Position numbers and translations under genes: made by a program. Positions 56,414 through 64,000 of a stretch of 64,000 nucleotides of DNA are shown piece after piece. Source of the stretch: Hyphomicrobiales bacterium. GTDB taxonomy: Bacteria > Pseudomonadota > Alphaproteobacteria > Rhizobiales > Xanthobacteraceae. The stretch lies in assembly GCA_021323775.1 (NCBI GenBank), contig JAJPKK010000155.1, forward strand, positions 9,080-73,079, in the 5' to 3' direction. Positions within the stretch are counted from its first letter, which is position 1. Every line of letters starts with the position of its first letter. The notes below the pieces were generated by a model. That model did not search any database and was not told the DNA's origin. It saw only the letters and a program-made list of their open reading frames with translations.

Positions 56414-57709
56414 ATGCCGATCCGTCTCGACCATAACGCGGAGGATTTTACCTCGCGCTTCGCCGCGTTTCTTGCCGCCAAGCGCGAAGCCGCCGCGGAC
56501 GTGGAAGAAGCGGCGCGCGCCATCATTGCCGATGTGGCGGCGCGCGGCGACGAAGCCCTGGTCGCCTATACGCGCAAATTCGATCGCATCGACGCCGCGG
56601 CATCAAGCCTGCGCGTCACGGGAGCTGAAGTCGACGATGCTTTTGCGTCCTGCAATCGCACCGCGCGCGACGCGCTTGCGTTGGCGCGCGATCGCATCGA
56701 GGCCTATCACCGCCGGCAGGCGCCGAGCGACGAACGCTTTACCGATGCGCTCGGTGTCGAGCTTGGCTGGCGTTGGACCGCGATTGCTGCTGTCGGTCTC
56801 TACGTGCCGGGCGGCACTGCCGCCTATCCGTCCTCGGTGCTGATGAATGCGGTGCCGGCCAAGGTCGCCGGCGTGCCCCGCGTCGTCATGGTGGTGCCGG
56901 CGCCGGATGGTGTCGTCAACCCGCTGGTGCTGGCCGCCGCGAGAATCGCCGGAGTAGATGAAATCTATCGTGTGGGCGGCGCTCAGGCCGTAGCGGCGCT
57001 GGCCTATGGCACCGCCACCATCGCGCCGGTCGACAAGATCGTCGGACCCGGCAATGCCTATGTGGCGGCAGCTAAACGGCTGGTCTTCGGCAAGGTCGGC
57101 ATCGACATGATCGCGGGCCCTTCGGAGGTGCTGATTCTCGCCGGCGGCGGCGCCAATCCGGACTGGATCGCCGCCGACCTGTTGGCCCAAGCCGAGCACG
57201 ACTCGGCGGCTCAGCCGATCCTGATCACCGACGATGCCCGGCTCGCCGGCGATGTTGAGCGCGCCGTCGAAGCACAGCTTGCAACGCTTCCCCGCGCAGA
57301 GGTGGCGCGGGACTCGTGGCGCAGCTTCGGCGCCGTCATCCTGGTGCGCCATCTTGATGAAGCCGTGCCGTTGATCGATGCGGTGGCGCCCGAGCATTTG
57401 GAGATCATTGCTGATGACGCCGAACGCCTCGCGGCCAAAGTGCGAAATGCCGGCGCGATCTTTCTCGGCGCGCACACGCCCGAGGCGATCGGCGATTATG
57501 TGGCGGGCTCCAATCACGTCCTGCCAACTGCGCGTTCCGCGCGGTTTTCTTCCGGATTGGGCGTGCTCGATTTCATGAAACGCACCTCGATCCTGAAATG
57601 CGGGCCAGCACAGCTCGCGCAGCTCGGTCCGGCCGTCATCGCGCTTGGCGAGGCGGAGGGGCTCGCCGCCCATGCGCGGTCGGTCGCGGTCAGGATCAAC
57701 CGCCGATGA
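56414..57709 (+). CDS. hisD: histidinol dehydrogenase
   Basis: [25 protein letters not shown], and AQAEHD in [11 protein letters not shown]. Confidence 0.95.
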   Translation: MPIRLDHNAEDFTSRFAAFLAAKREAAADVEEAARAIIADVAARGDEALVAYTRKFDRIDAAASSLRVTGAEVDDAFASCNRTARDALALARDRIEAYHRRQAPSDERFTDALGVELGWRWTAIAAVGLYVPGGTAAYPSSVLMNAVPAKVAGVPRVVMVVPAPDGVVNPLVLAAARIAGVDEIYRVGGAQAVAALAYGTATIAPVDKIVGPGNAYVAAAKRLVFGKVGIDMIAGPSEVLILAGGGANPDWIAADLLAQAEHDSAAQPILITDDARLAGDVERAVEAQLATLPRAEVARDSWRSFGAVILVRHLDEAVPLIDAVAPEHLEIIADDAERLAAKVRNAGAIFLGAHTPEAIGDYVAGSNHVLPTARSARFSSGLGVLDFMKRTSILKCGPAQLAQLGPAVIALGEAEGLAAHARSVAVRINRR

Positions 57710-58188
57710 GCGCGGGCGCAGACGGCAAGCGTCTTGTCAAGGTCGTTCTCGACGAGGACAGTATCGGCCCCGGCAACCGGGACATCGAGCACGAACGCGC
57801 CGTCGCAATCTACGACCTGGTGGAGCAGAATTCGTTCGCGCCCGTCGGACATGACGGCGGACCCTATTGTCTCAAGCTTCAGCTCGCGGGCAACCGCCTC
57901 ATCTTCGATATCCGCACCGAGGACGACCATCCCGTCGTCGCCCATCATCTGTCGCTCACGCCATTTCGCCGGCTCGTGAAGGACTATTTCCTGGTTTGCG
58001 AGAGCTATTATCAGGCGATCCGCACCGCGACGCCGAGCCAGATCGAGGCGATCGACATGGGACGGCGGGGGTTGCACGACGAGGGCTCAGAGCTTCTGAT
58101 CGAGCGGCTCAAGGACAAGGTCGCTCTGGACTTCGATACGGCGCGGCGGCTGTTCACGCTCATCACCGTGCTTCATTGGAAGGGATGA
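57706..58188 (+). CDS. UPF0262 family protein
   Basis: ATGA overlap with hisD. Contains [17 protein letters not shown]. Confidence 0.8.
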   Translation: MSAGADGKRLVKVVLDEDSIGPGNRDIEHERAVAIYDLVEQNSFAPVGHDGGPYCLKLQLAGNRLIFDIRTEDDHPVVAHHLSLTPFRRLVKDYFLVCESYYQAIRTATPSQIEAIDMGRRGLHDEGSELLIERLKDKVALDFDTARRLFTLITVLHWKG

Positions 58189-58191
58189 GGC

Positions 58192-58650
58192 ATGCCGGGT
58201 CGGGCGCGCCCACAGGCGGTGCTCTTCGCTTGCGGGCTCAATTCGGTGCGCTCGCCCATGGCGGCGGCGTTGTTCCGGCATATGTTCGGGCGCGTCTGCT
58301 ATGCGGGTTCGGCGGGCGTGCGCCGCGGCGAGCTCGATCCCTTCGCGGTCGCCGTCATGGAGGAGATCGGTCTTGACATCGCAAAGCATCGTCCGATGAC
58401 GTTCGATGAGCTTGAAGACTGGGAAGGCCTCAACTTCGATCTCATTGTCACGCTCGCCCCGGAAGCACACCATAAGGCCCTCGAGCTGACGCGCCGGGTT
58501 GCTGCGGAGGTCGAATACTGGCCGACCCCCGATCCCGCCATCCAGGAGGGCAATCGCGAGCAGCGCCTCGATGCCTATCGGGCCGTTCGCGATCTGCTGC
58601 TGCGCCGCATCAAAGAGCGCTTCGGCGCAGCGCCACTGGGCAACGAATAG
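58192..58650 (+). CDS. low-molecular-weight phosphatase / ArsC-type family protein
   Basis: CX5R(S) loop VLFACGLNSVRSPMAAAL. Confidence 0.8.
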   Translation: MPGRARPQAVLFACGLNSVRSPMAAALFRHMFGRVCYAGSAGVRRGELDPFAVAVMEEIGLDIAKHRPMTFDELEDWEGLNFDLIVTLAPEAHHKALELTRRVAAEVEYWPTPDPAIQEGNREQRLDAYRAVRDLLLRRIKERFGAAPLGNE

Positions 58651-58743
58651 ATGGCCAACCCATGTCAAGGGGCGCTAAAGCTGCCTGGTTGAGTGTCTAA
58701 GTTGTTTCGGCTAAAGCGTGTTCAGATGAAATCAAACCACCCC

Positions 58744-59367
58744 ATGCTGGACCGGCCTAAACTAGTCCTCGCGTCCGGTTCGCCGCGCCGTGTCGCCCTG
58801 ATCAACCAGGCCGGCATCGAACCCGATGCGCTGCGTCCTGCCGATATCGACGAGACGCCCCTTAAGGGGGAACTTCCGCGCGTATGCGCCAATAGGTTGG
58901 CGCATACCAAAGCCGCCACGGCGCTCGCCGGAATAGGCGACGACGACGATGTGTATGGCGCGTTCATCCTCGCCGCCGATACCGTGGTGGCGGTCGGCCG
59001 CCGCATCCTGCCCAAGCCCGAGCTGATCGACGAGGCGGCGCAGTGCCTGAGGCTGCTGTCGGGCCGCAATCACCGCGTTTATACGGCGTTGTGCCTCGTC
59101 ACGCCCAAGCGGAAGTATCGTCAACGGGTGGTCGAGACGCGCGTGCGCTTCAAGCGGCTGTCGTCCGAGGATATCGACAGCTATCTGGGTTCCGGAGAAT
59201 GGCGCGGCAAGGCCGGCGGCTATGCGGCTCAGGGCTTGGCCGGCACATTCATTGTCAAGCTGGTTGGCTCCTACACCAATGTGGTCGGCCTGCCGCTTTA
59301 TGAAACCGTCGCATTGCTTGCGGGCGAAGGATTTCCGATCCACGTCGGCTGGCTCAACTCGGCGTAA
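58744..59367 (+). CDS. maf: Maf family nucleoside triphosphate pyrophosphatase
   Basis: [19 protein letters not shown] .. [10 protein letters not shown]. Start is uncertain: ATG at 58744 is chosen, with 58726 and 58693 also in frame. Confidence 0.85.
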   Translation: MLDRPKLVLASGSPRRVALINQAGIEPDALRPADIDETPLKGELPRVCANRLAHTKAATALAGIGDDDDVYGAFILAADTVVAVGRRILPKPELIDEAAQCLRLLSGRNHRVYTALCLVTPKRKYRQRVVETRVRFKRLSSEDIDSYLGSGEWRGKAGGYAAQGLAGTFIVKLVGSYTNVVGLPLYETVALLAGEGFPIHVGWLNSA

Positions 59368-59678
59368 TCCTGCTGCGTCAGAGTCGTTCCGGGCGCCATC
59401 GCGCATCATCGGCTGGTGAGTCTGTCGGACCATGCCGATTGTGCGCATCTTATAGCGCCGATCTCGGGCAACCCGAGATCGCATGCGGCGAGCCCGGAAC
59501 CTATTATCGCGGCGCGGGACATGGATTCCGCACTCGCCGGTTGCGCACGCGCTCCGGAATGACGCTCTCAAAATTTATGACGCAATAGCAACAACCGCGC
59601 TGGCCAGTGGGAATTCGCTGCTTGCACGTGGGCGCCTGTCCTATGCCTTCCAGAAGGCGAGGGGTGTGGCAAGCCGCT

Positions 59679-60005
59679 TTAAGCTTCCACTTCGCGGAAA
59701 ACATCGACCTCGACTGTGCCCGGAAACATCTGCCGCCAAGCCTGCAGAAAGGCCTGCAGCCGGGGATCGCCGGCGATCTGCTGGCGGCTCGTCTCGAGCG
59801 TCTCGTGAACCTCGTAATCGATGATCTGCAAGAACTGCGACGGGTTGTCGACATTCTGGAGGAGGCGCACCTGCCTGCTGCCGAAGAGTTCGTAGTAAGG
59901 GGCGGTAGCCTTGATAAGCCCCACGAACTGGCTGGGGTCTGAGGTCGGCAGCGTAAACTTGAGCTGCAGGACCCGAAAGACTTTCTTTTCGCTGTCTTGG
60001 GTCAT
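59679..60005 (-). CDS. hypothetical protein (possibly ABM/dimeric alpha-beta barrel-like)
   Basis: 108-aa ORF with coding-like composition. No motif recognised with confidence. Confidence 0.45.
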   Translation of the reverse strand: MTQDSEKKVFRVLQLKFTLPTSDPSQFVGLIKATAPYYELFGSRQVRLLQNVDNPSQFLQIIDYEVHETLETSRQQIAGDPRLQAFLQAWRQMFPGTVEVDVFREVEA

Positions 60006-60140
60006 TTTCTGGTCTTACCCGTCTGCGGGCGGCCCATAACCAGCGCGCCCTCTCAGAAGCATATATGTACACAAAAACGCCCTTACGATCCGAATCGTCT
60101 CCTCTCGCGGCCGGGCTAAGCGAACCTTAGATTCACCTGC

Positions 60141-60335
60141 ATGAGTTCCCTCAGCCAAACGAAACCCTGCCCTGTCTGCGGCAAGCCGCAGGTCGAGCGT
60201 TTTCGTCCGTTCTGCTCACGCCGCTGCGCCGACGTGGACTTGTACCGCTGGCTGTCGGGCGCCTATGCGGTCCCCTCGGTCGAAGACGATGATGGGGAGG
60301 GGCGCCTGCCGGGTCCGGACGAGCGGCAACGATAG
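60141..60335 (+). CDS. yacG: DNA gyrase inhibitor YacG (zinc ribbon)
   Basis: CPVCGK..FRPFCSRRCADVDLYRWLSGAY. Confidence 0.85.
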   Translation: MSSLSQTKPCPVCGKPQVERFRPFCSRRCADVDLYRWLSGAYAVPSVEDDDGEGRLPGPDERQR

Positions 60336-60657
60336 AAATGTGGCGAGGCGGCTCTGTCCTGGGGACCTTGTATCGGGATGCCGCATCCGCCAATGGGCGC
60401 TTGGGCGGCCCCATGGCTGAGCAGCATCCGATCAACTGTTCAGCCATTGCCAGATCCTGCAGCCTCCGGTCCGGTAGCCACGTCGCCCGGTTCATTCGAT
60501 TCGCCCCCAAGGGGCGGAAAACCGGACAACTCGTGCGCCGCCAAATCCGGACAACTCATGTGCTTACGACACGATCTTGCGACCGTTCTGGACAGGATGT
60601 GACCGAGCCTTTATAAGGCCCAGCGCTCCTGTCGCGGCTTCGCGGCGGCGAGCCCGC

Positions 60658-60733
60658 GCCCAGGTAGCTCAGTTGGTAGAGCACGTGACTGAAAATCACG
60701 GTGTCGGTGGTTCGATTCCGCCCCTGGGCACCA
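60658..60733 (+). tRNA. tRNA-Phe (anticodon GAA)
   Basis: 76 nt and hand-folds as a cloverleaf. Acceptor GCCCAGG/CCTGGGC, D-arm GCTC-AGTTGGTA-GAGC, anticodon loop CTGAAAA, T-arm GGTGG-TTCGATT-CCGCC, encoded CCA. Confidence 0.95.
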
Positions 60734-60895
60734 ACTAAGCTACTGAAAATCAAAAAGATTTTTGTGTCCTCAGCCGCCATTTTAAGTCTCAAAAATCAGC
60801 GGGTGACGCATTAGGGACACAAAATAGGGAGTGTCCACCCGCGCCGGAGAGCCGGCTACCGTTGTGAATAACTATTCCCGAAAGCAAAGGCGCTC

Positions 60896-63800
60896 TCACG
60901 CCCTCGCGGCCGGAGGCTCGCGATTGCGCAGCCGCTCGTAAACCTCCCGCATGAGCTGCTCGGAGGCGAGGTTCCGAAATGCCGGATCGTTCATGATCCT
61001 GTCGAATATCTCCTCGTTGCCTTCCATGCGGTCGACGAAGAACCCTTCGAGCATACGGTCGAAGACATGCTTGAAGTTGTCGAGCGTGTTGGCCTGAGCG
61101 GCGGTTTTCAGGGTCTCGTTCCCGGCGGCGGTCTCGGCAACCTGGTCGAAGAAGAGCTGGTCGGCCTGCTTGAAGTCGGTGCCGAACCGGTCATTCAGCT
61201 TGTCGACCAGGCGGGAGAGCGGGATGTCCTTGTCCTGGTAGCTTCCGGTTCCGACCTCCGTCGGCCCCTTGAGCGGCTCGGCCTCGCCTTCTTCGAGACC
61301 GATATGGCCCTCGCTGATCTTCTGGAGCCGGTAGAAGCGCAGGGCCACCTCGTCCTCAAGCTCGTAGCCCGGCCCATCCGCGCGGCGCGGCAGCTTCAGG
61401 AGCAGGAAACGCGCGTAGGCGTAGAGCTTCTCCAGGTCGGAATCCTGATACGGGATGATCTGCGCCAAAAACCCATAAAGGTTGCGGAAGCTGATGAGCT
61501 TGCCTTTGAACTTGTCCTTGTCCTCATCGAAAAGCTGCTCGAAGCGCGAAACCGCCTTGTCGAGGATGCCGTTGAGCTGCTTGTGCTCGCCGGCCGTGGG
61601 TTCTCTGCGGTTGCGGTACCAGATTTCGCAGAACTGCGTGATTTCGGCCTTGTCGATGACGAACGACGCTTCAAGCTCGTGCTGCAGACTGTAGAGCTGG
61701 TGCGCGTCCGGCATGTCGCCGATCCCGGTCGCCTCGTAGTAGGGTTTGAAGGCCTTGAGGATGTCCTCGCGCTCATTGACGAAATCGAGGACGAAGGTGT
61801 CATCCTTGCCCGGCGCTTTGCGATTGAGGCGGGAGAGCGTCTGCACGGCCTGCACGCCGTCGAGCCGCTTATCGACATACATCGTGTGCAGGAGAGGCTG
61901 ATCGAAGCCGGTCTGGTACTTCTCGGCGACAATCAGGACCTGATATTCCTCGGTGTTGAACTTCGCGGGCAGCTCGCTTTCGCGGATGCCGCCGTTCATC
62001 GAGACTTCCGTGAATTTCTTGTCCGGAAGCAAGTCGTCAACCACCTCGCCGGAGAAAGCGACGAGCGTCTTCACGCCGGCATAGCCCTTCTCGCGGACAT
62101 ACTTGTCGATTTCGAGCTTGTAGCGGACGGCATGCAGGCGCGAGCCCGTCACCACCATGGCCTTGGCCCGCCCGCCGATCTTGTGCCGGGTGTGATTGCG
62201 GAAGTGCTCGACGATAACCTCCACCTTCTGGCGCAGATTGTAGGGGTGGAGGGAAAGAAACCGGGCCAGCGCCTTCGCCGCCTTGCTCTCGGGCACTTCC
62301 GGATCGTCGGCGACCTGCTTCACAAGACCGAAATAGGCCTTGTAGGTGGTGTAGTGCGCCAGCACGTCCATGATGAAGCCTTCCTGGATGGCCTGGCGCA
62401 TGCTGTAGAGGTGGAAGGGCGAGCGGCCGTCGTCGCCCGGCTCGTCGAAGATCGCCTTGGTCTTGAACTTCGGCGTGGCGGTGAAGGCGAAATAGGAGAG
62501 GTTGGGCTGGCGCGGACGCTTGGCCATGTCGCGGAGCATGTTCTCGCGCGCCTCGGGCGAAAGCCCGCTGTCGTCCTCGTCGTCGAGAATCTGCGCGGCG
62601 ACGGCCGCCTCGATGCCCTCCTTGTTCAGAATCCCGCGCAGGGCCTGCGCCGTCTCTCCCGTCGATGACGAATGCGCCTCGTCAACGATAACGGCAAAGC
62701 GGCGGCCCGCGGTGTCGATGGCGACCGTCTCGCCCTTCTTTGCCATGGTGTTGATGGCCTGGGCGATGAAGGGAAATTTCTGGATGGTCGAGATCACGAT
62801 GGGAACGCCGCCGGCGAGGGCCTTGGCGAGCTGCTGGGTGTCTTCGTCGATCTTCTCGACCACGCCGCGCTTGTGCTCGAACTGATAGATCGTGTCCTGA
62901 AGCTGCTGATCGAGGACGAGGCGATCGGTGATGACGACGACCGAATCGAAGACCTTGCGGTCGTTGCCGTCGTGCAGACCCGCGAGATGGTGCGCGAGCC
63001 AGGCGATGGAGTTGGATTTGCCGGAGCCGGCCGAGTGCTGGATCAGGTAATTGTGCCCGGCGCCATTGGCGCGGGCGTGCTCAACAAGCTTGCGGACGGC
63101 CTTGAGCTGATGGCAGCGCGGAAAGATCATCGTTTCCTTAGCGACCGTCCTCACGCCCGTGTCAGTGCGGATCTGGCGCTCCTTGACCTCCAGATGGAGA
63201 TAGCGCGCGAGGATGTCGAGCAGGCTGTCGCGCGCAAGGGTCTCCTCCCACAGATAGGCGGTGCGGTAATTGCCGTCGGCAGCGGGGGGATTGCCGGCGC
63301 CGTTGTTGTGCCCGCGGTTGAAGGGCAGCCATTGCGTGTCCTTGCCTTCGAGCTTCGTCGTCATGAACACGAGGTCGGGATCGACCGCGAAGTGGACGAG
63401 CGCGCGCTCCTTGAAACGGAACAGGGGCAGGCGCGGGTCGCGGTCGCTGGCGTACTGGTGCTTGGCGTTCTCGACCGTCTGCCCCGTCATGGGGTTCTTG
63501 AGCTCCAGGGTTACGACGGGGATGCCGTTGACGGCGAGCACGACATCGACGCTCTGCGCCGTCTCGGGACTGAATTTGACCTGCCGGGCAATGGTGAGGA
63601 TGTTCTGCGCGTAGGCGGCGATCGTGTCCGGGTTCATGCCGCTGGCAGGCTTGAACGCCGCCATCTGGTAGGTCTTGCCGAAGCACTTGAAGCCGTGGCG
63701 CAGCACATGGAGCGCGCCTTTCGACGCCAGCTCCTTCACCAGCGCATCGAGCAGCACGCTTTCGGCGGCGTCGCCCTGCAAATCGGCGAGGGACTGCCAC

Positions 63801-63964
63801 TTCTTCGGCTGGGACGCCTTGACATAGGCCGCGACGTCGGCGGGGAAGAGGCCGGTCTTGGCGGCGTAGGCCTCAGGCAAGCGCTTTTCGTAGCCGCGCG
63901 CGGTGAGCGCGATCTCGATCGCGTCCTCGAACCGTGCTTCCGAATGCTTGCCGCGGTTGCTCAT
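60896..63964 (-). CDS. hsdR: type I restriction endonuclease subunit R
   Basis: N-terminal PD-(D/E)xK region (VDVVLAVNGIPVVTLELKN). SF2 helicase motifs HSAGSGKS and DEAH (VIVDEAHSS); 1022 aa. Confidence 0.9.
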   Translation of the reverse strand: MSNRGKHSEARFEDAIEIALTARGYEKRLPEAYAAKTGLFPADVAAYVKASQPKKWQSLADLQGDAAESVLLDALVKELASKGALHVLRHGFKCFGKTYQMAAFKPASGMNPDTIAAYAQNILTIARQVKFSPETAQSVDVVLAVNGIPVVTLELKNPMTGQTVENAKHQYASDRDPRLPLFRFKERALVHFAVDPDLVFMTTKLEGKDTQWLPFNRGHNNGAGNPPAADGNYRTAYLWEETLARDSLLDILARYLHLEVKERQIRTDTGVRTVAKETMIFPRCHQLKAVRKLVEHARANGAGHNYLIQHSAGSGKSNSIAWLAHHLAGLHDGNDRKVFDSVVVITDRLVLDQQLQDTIYQFEHKRGVVEKIDEDTQQLAKALAGGVPIVISTIQKFPFIAQAINTMAKKGETVAIDTAGRRFAVIVDEAHSSSTGETAQALRGILNKEGIEAAVAAQILDDEDDSGLSPEARENMLRDMAKRPRQPNLSYFAFTATPKFKTKAIFDEPGDDGRSPFHLYSMRQAIQEGFIMDVLAHYTTYKAYFGLVKQVADDPEVPESKAAKALARFLSLHPYNLRQKVEVIVEHFRNHTRHKIGGRAKAMVVTGSRLHAVRYKLEIDKYVREKGYAGVKTLVAFSGEVVDDLLPDKKFTEVSMNGGIRESELPAKFNTEEYQVLIVAEKYQTGFDQPLLHTMYVDKRLDGVQAVQTLSRLNRKAPGKDDTFVLDFVNEREDILKAFKPYYEATGIGDMPDAHQLYSLQHELEASFVIDKAEITQFCEIWYRNRREPTAGEHKQLNGILDKAVSRFEQLFDEDKDKFKGKLISFRNLYGFLAQIIPYQDSDLEKLYAYARFLLLKLPRRADGPGYELEDEVALRFYRLQKISEGHIGLEEGEAEPLKGPTEVGTGSYQDKDIPLSRLVDKLNDRFGTDFKQADQLFFDQVAETAAGNETLKTAAQANTLDNFKHVFDRMLEGFFVDRMEGNEEIFDRIMNDPAFRNLASEQLMREVYERLRNREPPAARA

Positions 63965-64000
63965 GCTGCGGCCTCCTTCGCAACCTCGCCGCGCACGTCG
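63961..64000 (-). CDS. 3' end of an upstream gene of the same operon (identity unknown; hsdS/hsdM or an accessory gene would be expected)
   Basis: Open frame ..DVRGEVAKEAAA* whose TGA overlaps the hsdR ATG (ATGA). Confidence 0.35.
   Translation of the reverse strand, partial: DVRGEVAKEAAA

Noticed and set aside
59460-59480. Perfect 9-bp-stem hairpin gatctcggg-caa-cccgagatc downstream of maf
   Set aside because: It has no T-tract and no repeat elsewhere in the window, so it cannot be told apart from a chance GC-rich hairpin.
60522-60557. 11-bp direct repeat ccggacaactc x2 (25-bp spacing) upstream of tRNA-Phe
   Set aside because: It is short, could arise by chance, and has no clear -35/-10 relationship to the tRNA. 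Noted but not supportable as a regulatory site.
1-64000. Searched by eye for CRISPR arrays, rRNA, tmRNA/RNase P/SRP RNA signatures, transposases, integrases and phage structural genes
   Set aside because: None found. The only RNA gene I can support is tRNA-Phe. The repeats present are REP-like palindromes, not spacer-containing arrays.

Overview
This is a 64-kb window of a high-G+C alphaproteobacterial chromosome. Gene order and several GC-rich REP families look Bradyrhizobiaceae/Nitrobacteraceae-like, but that is inference only.

Most of it is syntenic housekeeping. Recognised genes:
- mutT, comF, grxC, bioA/bioF/bioD, ubiG, lysC, ptsP, prfA-prmC
- gloB, phbB, mtgA, maiA, pgeF, lgt, ubiK
- rplY-pth-ychF, hisD, maf, yacG, tRNA-Phe

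The accessory content falls into five parts:
- **Left edge (1-1348).** An AT-rich island edge holds the 3' part of an AAA_15/21-type ATPase. It is translationally coupled to a 196-aa protein with a D..ExK nuclease-like motif, making a candidate two-gene defence module that the window cuts off.
- **Right edge.** A type I restriction enzyme gene (hsdR) lies directly 3' of tRNA-Phe.
- **Centre, about 22.6-37.3 kb.** A catabolic region contains amidohydrolases, a small Rieske protein, an FAH-family hydrolase, a vapBC toxin-antitoxin pair and two decayed genes. It also holds the most unusual locus, at 32843-37309: a pyrogallol-transhydroxylase/resorcinol-hydroxylase-like molybdoenzyme alpha subunit with an extra roughly 140-aa SCP2-like N-terminal domain. 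It is followed by an Fe-S beta subunit with only eight ferredoxin cysteines and a tightly coupled DoxX membrane protein.
- **40.7-45.5 kb.** An operon encodes a DddP/creatinase-like M24 protein, a PEP-synthase-like ATP-grasp plus swivel-His protein with no third domain, and two 2-hydroxyacid dehydrogenases.
- **Repeats.** At least nine copies of one GC-rich palindromic REP family are present. Two of them sit in frame inside coding sequences.

I saw no CRISPR array, rRNA, prophage, transposase or integrase. All function calls come from reading the translated ORFs by eye; no searches were run.
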